Below are positions 30,601 through 38,516 of a DNA stretch of 64,000 bases, one piece after another. Both the position numbers and the translations under genes were made by a program. The DNA lies in the IMG/VR virus record IMGVR_UViG_3300042359_000853, positions 62,001-126,000 of that record; one strand, written 5' to 3'. Positions within the stretch are counted from its first letter, which is position 1. The number at the start of each line of letters is the position of its first letter. A model generated the notes under the pieces. That model saw only the letters and a program-made list of their open reading frames with translations, made no database searches and had not been told where the DNA came from.

Positions 30601-32360
30601 GCTACCACTAACTCCGAATTATTCCAACTAATAATACGATTAAAATAAGTTGTAGAAACTTCAGCAAATGTAGGACCTCTAAGAACATTTGTATTAGATG
30701 CAGTAATGAAATCATAACCTTTCAGTGAAAAATTATAAAGACTTCTTCCAGCAACATAGATATTCGATCCGATATTTGTAAGTGAATTTGCGCCTATGTT
30801 ATTTACCGAAGATTCTAGAACTAGAAAGGAATAAGTAGAGAAATCATTTTTATTCCAAACAAAAAGATTGTCACTATCAGAAGTAATCAAAAATAGTTCT
30901 TTTTGATCTTTCTTCTGAGATGAAAGTGTCCAACCGCTCACTTCCAAATAAATAAAATCCCTAAGGTGTGGTGTGAGTGTGTATAAGTCTGTTGATGAGT
31001 CCTGGCGAATAATATCTATCTTGGATACTTGCCACCCACTTGGTGACTCAATTAGTGATAAAAAGGTTCCAGAATCTCCTAAAATATAAATTTCAGAAAT
31101 GTTATAGAATAGAACCCGGTTAAGATTAACTTGATTGTTAATACTCTCCAGTTCAAGTTTTGTCCAATCGAGGCCACCATTTCCAGTTATCCAAATTTCA
31201 CCGAACTCCCCAACTAGACAACCATACAGATCAGAGAAAAAAGAAACTGAGGTAAAGTTTTTTACTGAGTCTAATTCTATATAAGTAATCTCAAAGTTGA
31301 CTTTATCAATTTTAAGAAGTGTTGATTCTCTACCACAAACCCAGTAATAGGACTTTGTGTTTTCAATCGATGTTAATTTTGTTGATATTTTGTTATTAAT
31401 CAAACTTGTAGTTCCGGACTGGTAAAGAAGAATTGTCCCAAAATCACCCACAGTCACTACTCTTTCGGGTATTGAATGTGTTCCAATAGTAAGTGAGCCA
31501 TGACGAATAATATCGTTATAATTTACTTCGAAAAGATTATTGTATTCAAATTTATTTTTGATGAGGTATGAGTGTGTTTGTTCGAATTCGGTGTTTTGTG
31601 ATTCTAGTGGATAATATCCATTGGTAAATCTTTTTAGTGAGAAATACTTATCCCTGTTTGTAACACCCGATTTTACATCAATTAAAAGATTTCTAGAAAA
31701 GGTATAACTAGTTACCTGTTGCTTTACTAAAAAACCAGATTCGTATTTGTAAATACCATTTTGTGAATTATAGTAAAACCATTTTTTATTGACTCCCTCA
31801 TCAGAAATAAGATAATAAGTCTCATCGAATGAGTTTGTATCTACGGACGCTGATAATCCTAATTCGGTTTTTTGGTCTTTAATTAAAATTGTCTGACCAT
31901 CTTTTACAAAAATACCATCAATCAATAATGAAGGTTTTTCTAAAAGAAGATTATCAACTTGTGTGGTTGTTGCTAAATCAACTGAAATAGGTTCTATATT
32001 ATCAAAAATAGCCGATTCGGGTGAAAAATATCCTCGATGTGAAAAACCAAGTTCGTAATTGTAGTGTGTATATTGAGTGAAACTATCCGGGTTGATACAT
32101 TCTGAACCGGAACTTGCAGTGAATCCCATAGAATAGGAGCTACTACAAGTTGAAAAGTGCCAAGAACTAGTTTGAGATAAATATTGAAGACTAGGAAATA
32201 AATTATCCAAATCTCTAGAAGTCTGCCAAAGTGCTCCAGAAAAACATTTTGCATAGAGTCTTGTAGCCTCTAAACTTTGGCGAATAGCTTGATAGTTTTC
32301 TATTTCAAGAGTATCTTTACGTAAAGACCAAGAGAGTAAATCTTCGTTATAGTTCCACAT
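27621..32360 (-). CDS. very large predicted virion/tail protein with a BNR/Ycf48-like beta-propeller and Trp-Gly pentapeptide repeats
   Basis: DLATT...IDG...ILIKDQ...NGIY fibre-type motif; VGDFGTI, VGEFGEIWITGNGGLDW; GxWxx repeats near the C-terminus. Confidence 0.7.
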   Translation of the reverse strand: MWNYNEDLLSWSLRKDTLEIENYQAIRQSLEATRLYAKCFSGALWQTSRDLDNLFPSLQYLSQTSSWHFSTCSSSYSMGFTASSGSECINPDSFTQYTHYNYELGFSHRGYFSPESAIFDNIEPISVDLATTTQVDNLLLEKPSLLIDGIFVKDGQTILIKDQKTELGLSASVDTNSFDETYYLISDEGVNKKWFYYNSQNGIYKYESGFLVKQQVTSYTFSRNLLIDVKSGVTNRDKYFSLKRFTNGYYPLESQNTEFEQTHSYLIKNKFEYNNLFEVNYNDIIRHGSLTIGTHSIPERVVTVGDFGTILLYQSGTTSLINNKISTKLTSIENTKSYYWVCGRESTLLKIDKVNFEITYIELDSVKNFTSVSFFSDLYGCLVGEFGEIWITGNGGLDWTKLELESINNQVNLNRVLFYNISEIYILGDSGTFLSLIESPSGWQVSKIDIIRQDSSTDLYTLTPHLRDFIYLEVSGWTLSSQKKDQKELFLITSDSDNLFVWNKNDFSTYSFLVLESSVNNIGANSLTNIGSNIYVAGRSLYNFSLKGYDFITASNTNVLRGPTFAEVSTTYFNRIISWNNSELVVASNYSISRSYDSASFSLVTDFAKLYTETISSKFLILNYDLASKVNFHDYLGNYRLPITVTISTSGFTSSDVSFENLPEETSWVNYWKNTLLTFEYYTSFSQSNVVEISTIFNYSSATNSFFVTADSATPSLTEQNIDPDVSQIYIKKLVPTTKFDRDSYYVEGTDPIDLNFATSYNCWIGDFVIVFKLVNVDFDNSLFKKGDILNIKSDSISANLMINKIFRYISGNPTPIFLYCYHNFSNEIISSLRNSGFFVTNLNVFPSSEEFINNFSLHPLSIGYRVGITASQIQITGNLNNKTAYYNLAQNIIHNSSTYSFHYVQSFFNFGYTPTYNIHDFLSRIDPISFTASKIFGAMPRYQNIPALDVDLDSSWTSSSNIILCDDTKLSNRLVFGKNLKFEWESIWVNSFVDIVVKTSNYGSFSTTKCLVENKKYLPEKNSYIIEFNKPINRDLLVYNQSTSINYIDILSRNTLLEISSDLQELNNINRNLNKKQIQSTYTFDIYQNEVTQKFPTDSYARILLSDSDIKSNLTSIIYEDEKSKLSNVLINPLGDDLLKILPVDLSRVGSDRGQKDLIELSPNNYQIESPTASLTNIDMNKVRFRFTDGLTLSKMLEKYSWIVESEVSNGLVGEDSNGLVFYSGIWKCGRWFNGTWYSGQWLAGDWYGGNWNSNTIKINGSVVLIDSNQVDTQSLWYSGRWFDGTWNGGTWLGGRKYLGTWNGGFWNSGIWNDGIWNGGQFRGGIWVSGIWNSGKFNTDINPCYWLDGEFKGGDFENGRWFDGQFSEYTQTSRFGTRASGNSKAIWETGEWISGEFFSGRQTDSSGNNQVSDNHRWSLFKSGDWSSGNFWGGLVLNMNFKSGIFNGGIVDDIEIIGLTQSSGKMQFLLNGIFRFKYPYDIWIYSMFGSGYSSFGTIENPKKYLLTFSEVLETGETLIQISGSYSFTPTWRSYTDLRIVSNFENCQFKSGLWYNGIFRGDNFEGGMWYNGYFDGNFGI
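28010..28690 (-). repeat. protein-level GxWxx/GxFxx pentapeptide repeat
   Basis: SGIWKCGRWFNGTWYSGQWLAGDWYGGNW...GTWNGGFWNSGIWNDGIWNGGQFRGGIWVSGIWNSG. Confidence 0.85.
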
Positions 32361-32362
32361 TT

Positions 32363-32578
32363 TTATTTTCTTTTAACCCTTAAACTCCAAAGAACATGAT
32401 CTTCTTCTAGATCGACTTTTTCTTTAGCAATAGAAACTTTTGATTTTTTTAAAATATCTTTTATTTCATTTATAAATCTATCGTATTTATAAATGTCCTG
32501 TGTATATTCAGACACTTTAATCTCAAAAGACTCTTCTTCTGAAAAGATGAGTTGGTAGATAAGATCTTCCTTTTTCAA
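32363..32578 (-). CDS. hypothetical protein
   Basis: 71 aa, TTG start, AATATATA 19 nt upstream. Confidence 0.6.
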   Translation of the reverse strand: MKKEDLIYQLIFSEEESFEIKVSEYTQDIYKYDRFINEIKDILKKSKVSIAKEKVDLEEDHVLWSLRVKRK

Positions 32579-32624
32579 GTTAGGTTTTTTTTGTAACTAT
32601 ATATTATTTAAGGTATGTTTGAAC

Positions 32625-33344
32625 TTAAGATCCTTGCTCACTACGAAATTTATCGTATCGGTTGGTAAGTTCAATAAGAAACTTATTTCTCACGATATCT
32701 TCGTTGTTAAATCGGAACTCTACTAGATCTTGCATACCACTGGTCATATCAATAAAATCAAGGTAACCAGAATCTCTTCGCTTTACATCGTATTGAGAAG
32801 TATCTCCCATCATCACGGCTTTTGAGTCTTTACCAAGACGAGTAGCCCAGAGCATTAGAGTTGCTAAGTTAGAGTTTTGACACTCATCTAGTAGCATTAT
32901 ACAATTATCAAAAGTTGTTCCTCTCATATAGGCTAGAGGCTCAAAAATAATCTCTTCGCTTGAAAATAACCCATCTATCATTTTTTGATCTAAGATTTTA
33001 CAAAAGTTAGAGTAGTAAGATTTTACGTAAGGATCGATTTTATCTTTCACATCACCTGGAAGAAGACCAAGTGGATGACCACTTTCAACTGTGGGTTTAG
33101 TGATGATGATTTGTTCTATTTTTTTATCGGCTAAAAGAGATAAAGATGTATAGCAAGTCGAAAAGGTCTTTGATGTTCCAGCAGGACCGTGAACTACCGT
33201 TAGGATATTATTACGAATAGATTTGAATAGTTGTAACTGTTTTGGTGATAGCTCAACGTTGTTTGAGTTTTGAAAAAGTTCTCTTGTGAGTTGACCTTTC
33301 TTTTGTTGTTTGACGGGTTCGGTTACTTTGCTTTGGGTTCTCAA
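32625..33344 (-). CDS. phoH: PhoH-family ATPase
   Basis: GPAGTSKT, LGLLPGD, PLAYMRG.TF, LDECQN, TRLG, GD.SQ.D, DIVRN. Confidence 0.9.
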   Translation of the reverse strand: MRTQSKVTEPVKQQKKGQLTRELFQNSNNVELSPKQLQLFKSIRNNILTVVHGPAGTSKTFSTCYTSLSLLADKKIEQIIITKPTVESGHPLGLLPGDVKDKIDPYVKSYYSNFCKILDQKMIDGLFSSEEIIFEPLAYMRGTTFDNCIMLLDECQNSNLATLMLWATRLGKDSKAVMMGDTSQYDVKRRDSGYLDFIDMTSGMQDLVEFRFNNEDIVRNKFLIELTNRYDKFRSEQGS

Positions 33345-33430
33345 AATTAGGGTTATTTTTTAGATATATATGGATATTAAATCTTTCTAATGTGTAAAAC
33401 AAACGGGAAAAAGAAAATAAAATCAAGATT

Positions 33431-33829
33431 ATGGAAGAAAAAGATTACAATGAGATGTATCACGATATATCCTTTCCGATGGTTAGGAGAGTGTCTGTGA
33501 AAACACTCAGTCAAGAACTGGCGTTCTATTCAGAAGAAGAAATGCAACTTGTGAAGAGTAAAATATTTTCAGAAAATCGAGATAGAAAAATAGATTCACT
33601 TGTGAACGGGTCTGAGTATGTAGAGGCACGTTTAGAAGATGATCCAAAATATAAAGAGCTTGTTTCTAGAGGAGTTAAACCTATGGGCAAACCAAGTGAT
33701 CAACTCTTCTACTTGGATTACAAATATGACAACAACGACACCACAGATTTGAGTAGTATAATATCAACCGCAGAAAAAAACGAGAACATAAATTTCTTAT
33801 CATTTGTAGATATTTTAGATACAAAGTAG
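33431..33829 (+). CDS. small protein resembling a split fragment of the T4-like major capsid protein
   Basis: FPMVRRVSVKTLSQEL, about 50-aa insert, GVKPMGKPSDQLFYLDYKY. Confidence 0.6.
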   Translation: MEEKDYNEMYHDISFPMVRRVSVKTLSQELAFYSEEEMQLVKSKIFSENRDRKIDSLVNGSEYVEARLEDDPKYKELVSRGVKPMGKPSDQLFYLDYKYDNNDTTDLSSIISTAEKNENINFLSFVDILDTK

Positions 33830-33841
33830 ATGAAAGTTACG

Positions 33842-33849
33842 TATCTTTG
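33842..33849 (+). promoter_or_regulatory. Bacteroidota sigma-A -7 element
   Basis: TATCTTTG followed by an A-tract and ATG 33862. Confidence 0.65.
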
Positions 33850-33861
33850 TAAAAAAAACTT

Positions 33862-34032
33862 ATGAAATACTTATTCTTGTTCCTCTTCTTTATTTCTAGT
33901 TTTATGCTTGGTGCCTACACAACTAGTCAGTTTAAGTTCGATACTCCTGTTGAATCTTACAGATGGGCTTTGACCTCTTTTTGGGGTATTTTTTTCTTGG
34001 TGACATTTCTTAAATATAATCAAAAAAAATAA
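33862..34032 (+). CDS. 56-aa small membrane protein with two hydrophobic segments; absent from the ORF track
   Basis: Own translation MKYLFLFLFFISSFMLGAYTTSQFKFDTPVESYRWALTSFWGIFFLVTFLKYNQKK; stop 1 nt before the next ATG. Confidence 0.75.
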   Translation: MKYLFLFLFFISSFMLGAYTTSQFKFDTPVESYRWALTSFWGIFFLVTFLKYNQKK

Positions 34033-34033
34033 C

Positions 34034-34381
34034 ATGAAAACTGGATATTTACTCTGGCTCGATGACATGAGAAATCCCTTTCTAGCAGATTGGGTTCTAC
34101 AATACGCACCTGATTTCGATGATCGTAAAGAGCAGATTGTTTGGTGTAAGAATTTCCATGATTTCTCGGATTGTATTACTCAAAGAGGTCTTCCCGAAGA
34201 GATTTGCTTTGATCACGATCTCGGTGAAGATTTGACTGGATACGACTGCGCAAAGTGGCTTGTAGATTATCTTTTAAATACTGGTGAAGATTTACCACCT
34301 TTTTCTATACAAAGCCAAAACCCAGTCGGTAGGGAAAATATTATTGGATTATTAAGATCTTTTACTCGATCGAGGGGTTAA
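34034..34381 (+). CDS. cyclic-phosphate-processing receiver-like domain protein
   Basis: LWLDDMRNP, FDHDLG, TGYDCAKWL, S.NPVG.ENI. Confidence 0.8.
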   Translation: MKTGYLLWLDDMRNPFLADWVLQYAPDFDDRKEQIVWCKNFHDFSDCITQRGLPEEICFDHDLGEDLTGYDCAKWLVDYLLNTGEDLPPFSIQSQNPVGRENIIGLLRSFTRSRG

Positions 34382-34405
34382 ATATTTTACTAAATACAGA
34401 AATAG

Positions 34406-34951
34406 ATGATATTTTTTGATAGGTTAAATTGGATATTTTATACAAGTTGGGAAGCGTCTTCCCTGGTTGTTGAACTCAAAGATTTACTTCCTAATACTCG
34501 TTTTTTTGATGCTGCTAACTGGACTAAAATTGATAGCGATCAGGGTAAACTATTCTTTGATTATAGAGATGATTTCACTAGAATAATAAGAGCAATAGAA
34601 GGTTCTAAAGATCGTCCAAGTTATACTTTTATTCTAATAAACCGAATAGATCCAGATTTTTTACCAAAACTGGATTTTTTATTCAAAAGAGATGTGTATG
34701 GAAAAGTAAAATGGGTATTTACCCTTAATACAAGAAGGACTTCACTAAAAGATAACTCTCTAAAAACTGAATACGATTGCTTGAAAATCTTACCACGTTT
34801 AGTAAGTGAAGTTGGAATAAAGTCGGGCAAAAAATTCTTTCATTTAGGACGAGATGATGAAAGTTTTCTTCTGTCAGAAGGTCAAGAAAATATTTATATC
34901 AGGGATCTACAGGCACATGTTAGAGATTACAAGATCTCCTTATTAGAATGA
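34406..34951 (+). CDS. hypothetical protein
   Basis: 181-aa ORF ending RDYKISLLE. Confidence 0.6.
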   Translation: MIFFDRLNWIFYTSWEASSLVVELKDLLPNTRFFDAANWTKIDSDQGKLFFDYRDDFTRIIRAIEGSKDRPSYTFILINRIDPDFLPKLDFLFKRDVYGKVKWVFTLNTRRTSLKDNSLKTEYDCLKILPRLVSEVGIKSGKKFFHLGRDDESFLLSEGQENIYIRDLQAHVRDYKISLLE

Positions 34952-35278
34952 GTTAATGAGATCTCGTAGAACGGCAGCCTTTTCGTAGTTTTCTACATCA
35001 ACTTCTTTTTCTAAGATCAAGTTGAAAATTTTGATCTTCTCACCCTGTGGCATCTTCTCAACAAGTGGAGAATCAATATCAAATATTCTTGTAAGAGCAA
35101 AAATAGGAAATACCTTGCTGATCCAGTTTTCTTGAATAAGATTTTTACCATCAACCGTTGTAGTTGACCAAGAACAGGTCATCTGAAAAGATTTTACAAT
35201 CTTCTCAAACTCTTCAACGGTTGTGATTCTTTTTCCGGTCTCCATTTGGGATAAGAGAGTTTTTAGGCGATCAATCAT
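34943..35278 (-). CDS. protein with a C-terminal UVR (UvrB/UvrC) motif
   Basis: LEKEVDVENYEKAAVLRDLI. Confidence 0.7.
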   Translation of the reverse strand: MIDRLKTLLSQMETGKRITTVEEFEKIVKSFQMTCSWSTTTVDGKNLIQENWISKVFPIFALTRIFDIDSPLVEKMPQGEKIKIFNLILEKEVDVENYEKAAVLRDLINSF

Positions 35279-35315
35279 TTTAGTTATATATTATTTTTAA
35301 AATATAGTTTATCAA

Positions 35316-36026
35316 CTATTGTGCCAAACTTTCATTCGTGACAATTTTTCTTCTCAGGACTTTTAGACAAAAAATTGAATCTACAATATCTTCTATTGGG
35401 TTGGGTATCTTCTCTCTATCCATTAGGTCTTTGTGATGAAAAAGAATGTTGTAAATTGGGGCATCTATTTTGCCATCAATAAACGCCTTAAACATTTGTT
35501 GCTTCTTAAAACTACCACCGGCTATGCCTTGATCATTGACCCATTTCAATTTTTTCTTTTTAACACCTAGTTCAATCGGTGGATAGACAAGTTTACAGGA
35601 TTCGAGCTTAAGAGAGAGTGGTGAAATAATAGACATCTCTATGTCCGGTATTCTGGTGAGTAGTTCTGTTTTTACTAAAGTAGAAAGAGATACAATATCC
35701 AAGATTGAACTAGTGTTTCTAGAAAAAGAGTAACCCTCTATACTACAGAAAGTTTTCATAGTAGGATCGAGATACCTAGTCACCGTATCAACAATATTGT
35801 GTGAAAGTTCACTGAAGTCAAGAAGTTTAAGTATTTCATTACTAGAGTAATCTGATGAAGATTTCCGATACAGATGTGTAAAAATAACACCGGATGATTT
35901 TAACTCATTGATCCAAATGTTGTTATCTTTCTTTGAGGTAAAACTAAGAACTATTTTTTTATCCGATGTTTCAATATAAACCGCAGTGCTATTTAAGCTA
36001 ATATCTATTCCTATAAAATTATACAT
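35316..36026 (-). CDS. RuvC-like Holliday junction resolvase
   Basis: RNase H-fold acidic residues: IGIDISLNSTA, IEGYSF, K..M, DIVDS. Confidence 0.75.
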   Translation of the reverse strand: MYNFIGIDISLNSTAVYIETSDKKIVLSFTSKKDNNIWINELKSSGVIFTHLYRKSSSDYSSNEILKLLDFSELSHNIVDTVTRYLDPTMKTFCSIEGYSFSRNTSSILDIVSLSTLVKTELLTRIPDIEMSIISPLSLKLESCKLVYPPIELGVKKKKLKWVNDQGIAGGSFKKQQMFKAFIDGKIDAPIYNILFHHKDLMDREKIPNPIEDIVDSIFCLKVLRRKIVTNESLAQ

Positions 36027-36048
36027 CTAATTTATATATCTAGAAAGG

Positions 36049-38166
36049 TTAGCCTCTGAAAAATCTTCTACTTCTAGTTCTTGGTTGGATTGGTACTTTT
36101 AATCCCATTGGCTTTGAACCGTAAGTGCTTGCGAACTGTTTATTTCCACCTGAGTAAGTGTCGGACGAAGGTTGGTTAGGTGGTAGTGTTGTTATTGGAA
36201 CTACTTGTGTGGTGGTTGAAGTGGTTGTGGTCACTTCGGGTGATGGAGTTGGTGTAGGTGTGGGTGTAGGTGTTGTTGTGGAAGTTGGTGTGGGTGTGTT
36301 TGTTGGTGTTGGCGTAGAAGTAGAATCTGGTGTCTGAGTAACTGTTGCCGATGGTGTCACTGAAGGAGTTATCGTAGAAGTTGGTGTAGAGCTAGGTGTT
36401 GAGCTTGGTGATGGTTCGTATTGGGGGAGTTGGCCAACCGAATATAGTATAGATCTACCAAGCATTTTACACAAAGTGGATGTATTACTAGTAATCGAAC
36501 CAAACCAAGTATTGATACCAATTAGTTTTGAGCAACCAACTTCCTTTATCGCAAGTAACTTTACTCCACTCGGGGTGTAGGATGCGTGAAGAACCGCACC
36601 GCTGGAAAGAGTTGGATCACCGTTTGTGAAAGGTGTTCCACCAAAAGTTGAATTTAACCCATCTGCAATAGATATAGAAGTAGAAAATGTGAAATTACCT
36701 CCTATTGTTGATTGTGTGTTTGTGGCTAGAAATGGTGTGAGTGATGAGTGTGTAAATCCCGAAGGATAAAGATTCCATAAAAATACTCCAGATATAATAT
36801 GACCACCAGAATTCACAAATTCAAGTAGTGAATTGCCAAGACCAGACGCACCTACTTGACTACCATTGGTGTAAATGAACACAACATCATAACCTGAACT
36901 TGTTAAACCACTTCCGCTATATGTTGTGGACATACTCACAGTAGAGTATGTTATCGAAAATCCTTCTGTGTTAATATAAGAATTAATGTTTGATGCAACA
37001 GTATCTACGTTTGCGTCACCTAAGAATAAAACATTGATGGTACCAGACACAGTTCCACAAATCTCACTGGTGTTCGTAGAAGAAGGTGTTATTGTGGGTG
37101 TAGGTGTATTTGTAGGTGTTTCGGTATTTGTTGGTGTGTTTGTTGGTGTCTGAGTAGGTGTTTCACTCGGTGAGACATCTGGTGTTTCGGTATTTGTTGG
37201 TGTGTTTGTTGGTGTTTCAGTATTTGTAGGTGTATTTGTGGATGTTGGTGTTGGTGTTTCGGTATTTGTGGGTGTATTTGTAGGTGTCTCTGTATTTGTA
37301 GGTGTTGGAGTTTCAGTAGGTGTTTCAGTAGGTGTTTCAGTATTTGTCGGTGTAGGGGTTTCAGTAGGTGTTTCAGTATTTGTAGGTGTGTTTGTGGATG
37401 TTGGTGTTTCAGTATTTGTGGGTGTATTTGTGGGTGTCTCTGTATTTGTAGGTGTATTTGTGGATGTTGGTGTTGGTGTTTCGGTATTTGTAGGTGTATT
37501 TGTAGGTGTCTCTGTATTTGTAGGTGTTGGAGTTTCAGTAGGTGTTTCAGTAGGTGTTTCAGTATTTGTCGGTGTAGGTGTTTCAGTAGGTGTTTCAGTA
37601 TTTGTTGGTGTATTTGTAGGTGTCTCTGTATTTGTAGGTGTTGGTGTTGGTGTGGATAATTCGATATTACCCAAACTAATATAAACTGGGACTCCAAATG
37701 AAAAATCTGAAGAACTGGTTTGGACAATAGTAGCTAGTCCGGATGGTGAGTTTGACGGGGGAACTCCTATATTGCTACCGAAAACAAAACCAGTCCCACT
37801 AGCCGTAAAACTCCACGATTTGAATGATTGTGTGTCACCTGAGTAAATGGCAGTATTACTATATTGTGTGAAACTTATAGTCACACCTTGATTCAAAAAA
37901 CTTTGGAAATACGAACTTCTATCCACACCATCTGCGTCAATACTATTAAAATAAAATCCTCTCCCTGTTAAACCCAGTTCGTTGATTTTAGTGATACCCA
38001 TTGTGGCACCACCTGAACCGTTCATTATAGCATTGCCTGAAGAAGGAAATGTATATGGAAGATCTAGTAATATAAATGGATATCCAGAGTTTGTGACTGG
38101 ACTTGGAGTGGGTGTAGATGTTTCTGTTGGGGTTATGGTGGGTGTTTCTGTGGGTGTCTCGGTCAT
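36049..38166 (-). CDS. mucin-like Thr/Pro-rich protein with two globular domains (the second GATase/flavodoxin-like)
   Basis: Three T/P tracts; VLFLGD...YDVVFIY...[11 protein letters not shown]. Confidence 0.7.
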   Translation of the reverse strand: MTETPTETPTITPTETSTPTPSPVTNSGYPFILLDLPYTFPSSGNAIMNGSGGATMGITKINELGLTGRGFYFNSIDADGVDRSSYFQSFLNQGVTISFTQYSNTAIYSGDTQSFKSWSFTASGTGFVFGSNIGVPPSNSPSGLATIVQTSSSDFSFGVPVYISLGNIELSTPTPTPTNTETPTNTPTNTETPTETPTPTNTETPTETPTETPTPTNTETPTNTPTNTETPTPTSTNTPTNTETPTNTPTNTETPTSTNTPTNTETPTETPTPTNTETPTETPTETPTPTNTETPTNTPTNTETPTPTSTNTPTNTETPTNTPTNTETPDVSPSETPTQTPTNTPTNTETPTNTPTPTITPSSTNTSEICGTVSGTINVLFLGDANVDTVASNINSYINTEGFSITYSTVSMSTTYSGSGLTSSGYDVVFIYTNGSQVGASGLGNSLLEFVNSGGHIISGVFLWNLYPSGFTHSSLTPFLATNTQSTIGGNFTFSTSISIADGLNSTFGGTPFTNGDPTLSSGAVLHASYTPSGVKLLAIKEVGCSKLIGINTWFGSITSNTSTLCKMLGRSILYSVGQLPQYEPSPSSTPSSTPTSTITPSVTPSATVTQTPDSTSTPTPTNTPTPTSTTTPTPTPTPTPSPEVTTTTSTTTQVVPITTLPPNQPSSDTYSGGNKQFASTYGSKPMGLKVPIQPRTRSRRFFRG
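37085..37660 (-). repeat. coding Thr/Pro tandem repeat (TPTNTETP units)
   Basis: Same unit family as 16320-17610, with an internal higher-order duplication. Confidence 0.95.
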
Positions 38167-38179
38167 ATAAATTTAGGAA

Positions 38180-38446
38180 TTATTTTTCTGGAAATCTTTT
38201 TATAATTTCTTTTTCCCTCTCTTTTCTTGATAATCCATCACCTTCCCCTTTTTTAATAGGATTATAAGGAAATTCATCTTTTATTCTCTTTGCTCTCTCT
38301 TCTCTGGTTTCAGAAGGTGACAGGGGAACATTCATAGGTTCATATGGAAAATCATGATACTCAATTTCATTAGAGGGATCTACTCCCATCTCATAATCTG
38401 AGTAATCATCCTCTATCATCGATTCGTAAGTCTTTAAATGCTTCAT
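38180..38446 (-). CDS. hypothetical protein, candidate internal head protein
   Basis: N-terminus MKHLKTYES; ATATATA motif upstream. Confidence 0.6.
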   Translation of the reverse strand: MKHLKTYESMIEDDYSDYEMGVDPSNEIEYHDFPYEPMNVPLSPSETREERAKRIKDEFPYNPIKKGEGDGLSRKEREKEIIKRFPEK

Positions 38447-38516
38447 AAACTTGATTTTTATTTTAATCTATATATATTTTTACTAAATCTTTTTTTGAAA
38501 AAATGATAAAACTTGA

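Noticed and set aside
33871-34068. 65-aa minus-strand ORF in the track
   Set aside because: Antisense to a better-supported plus-strand 56-aa ORF with promoter and translational coupling
37089-37727. Shadow ORFs over the second T/P tract (also 54960-55475 and 55068-55391 over the third)
   Set aside because: Same low-complexity artefact
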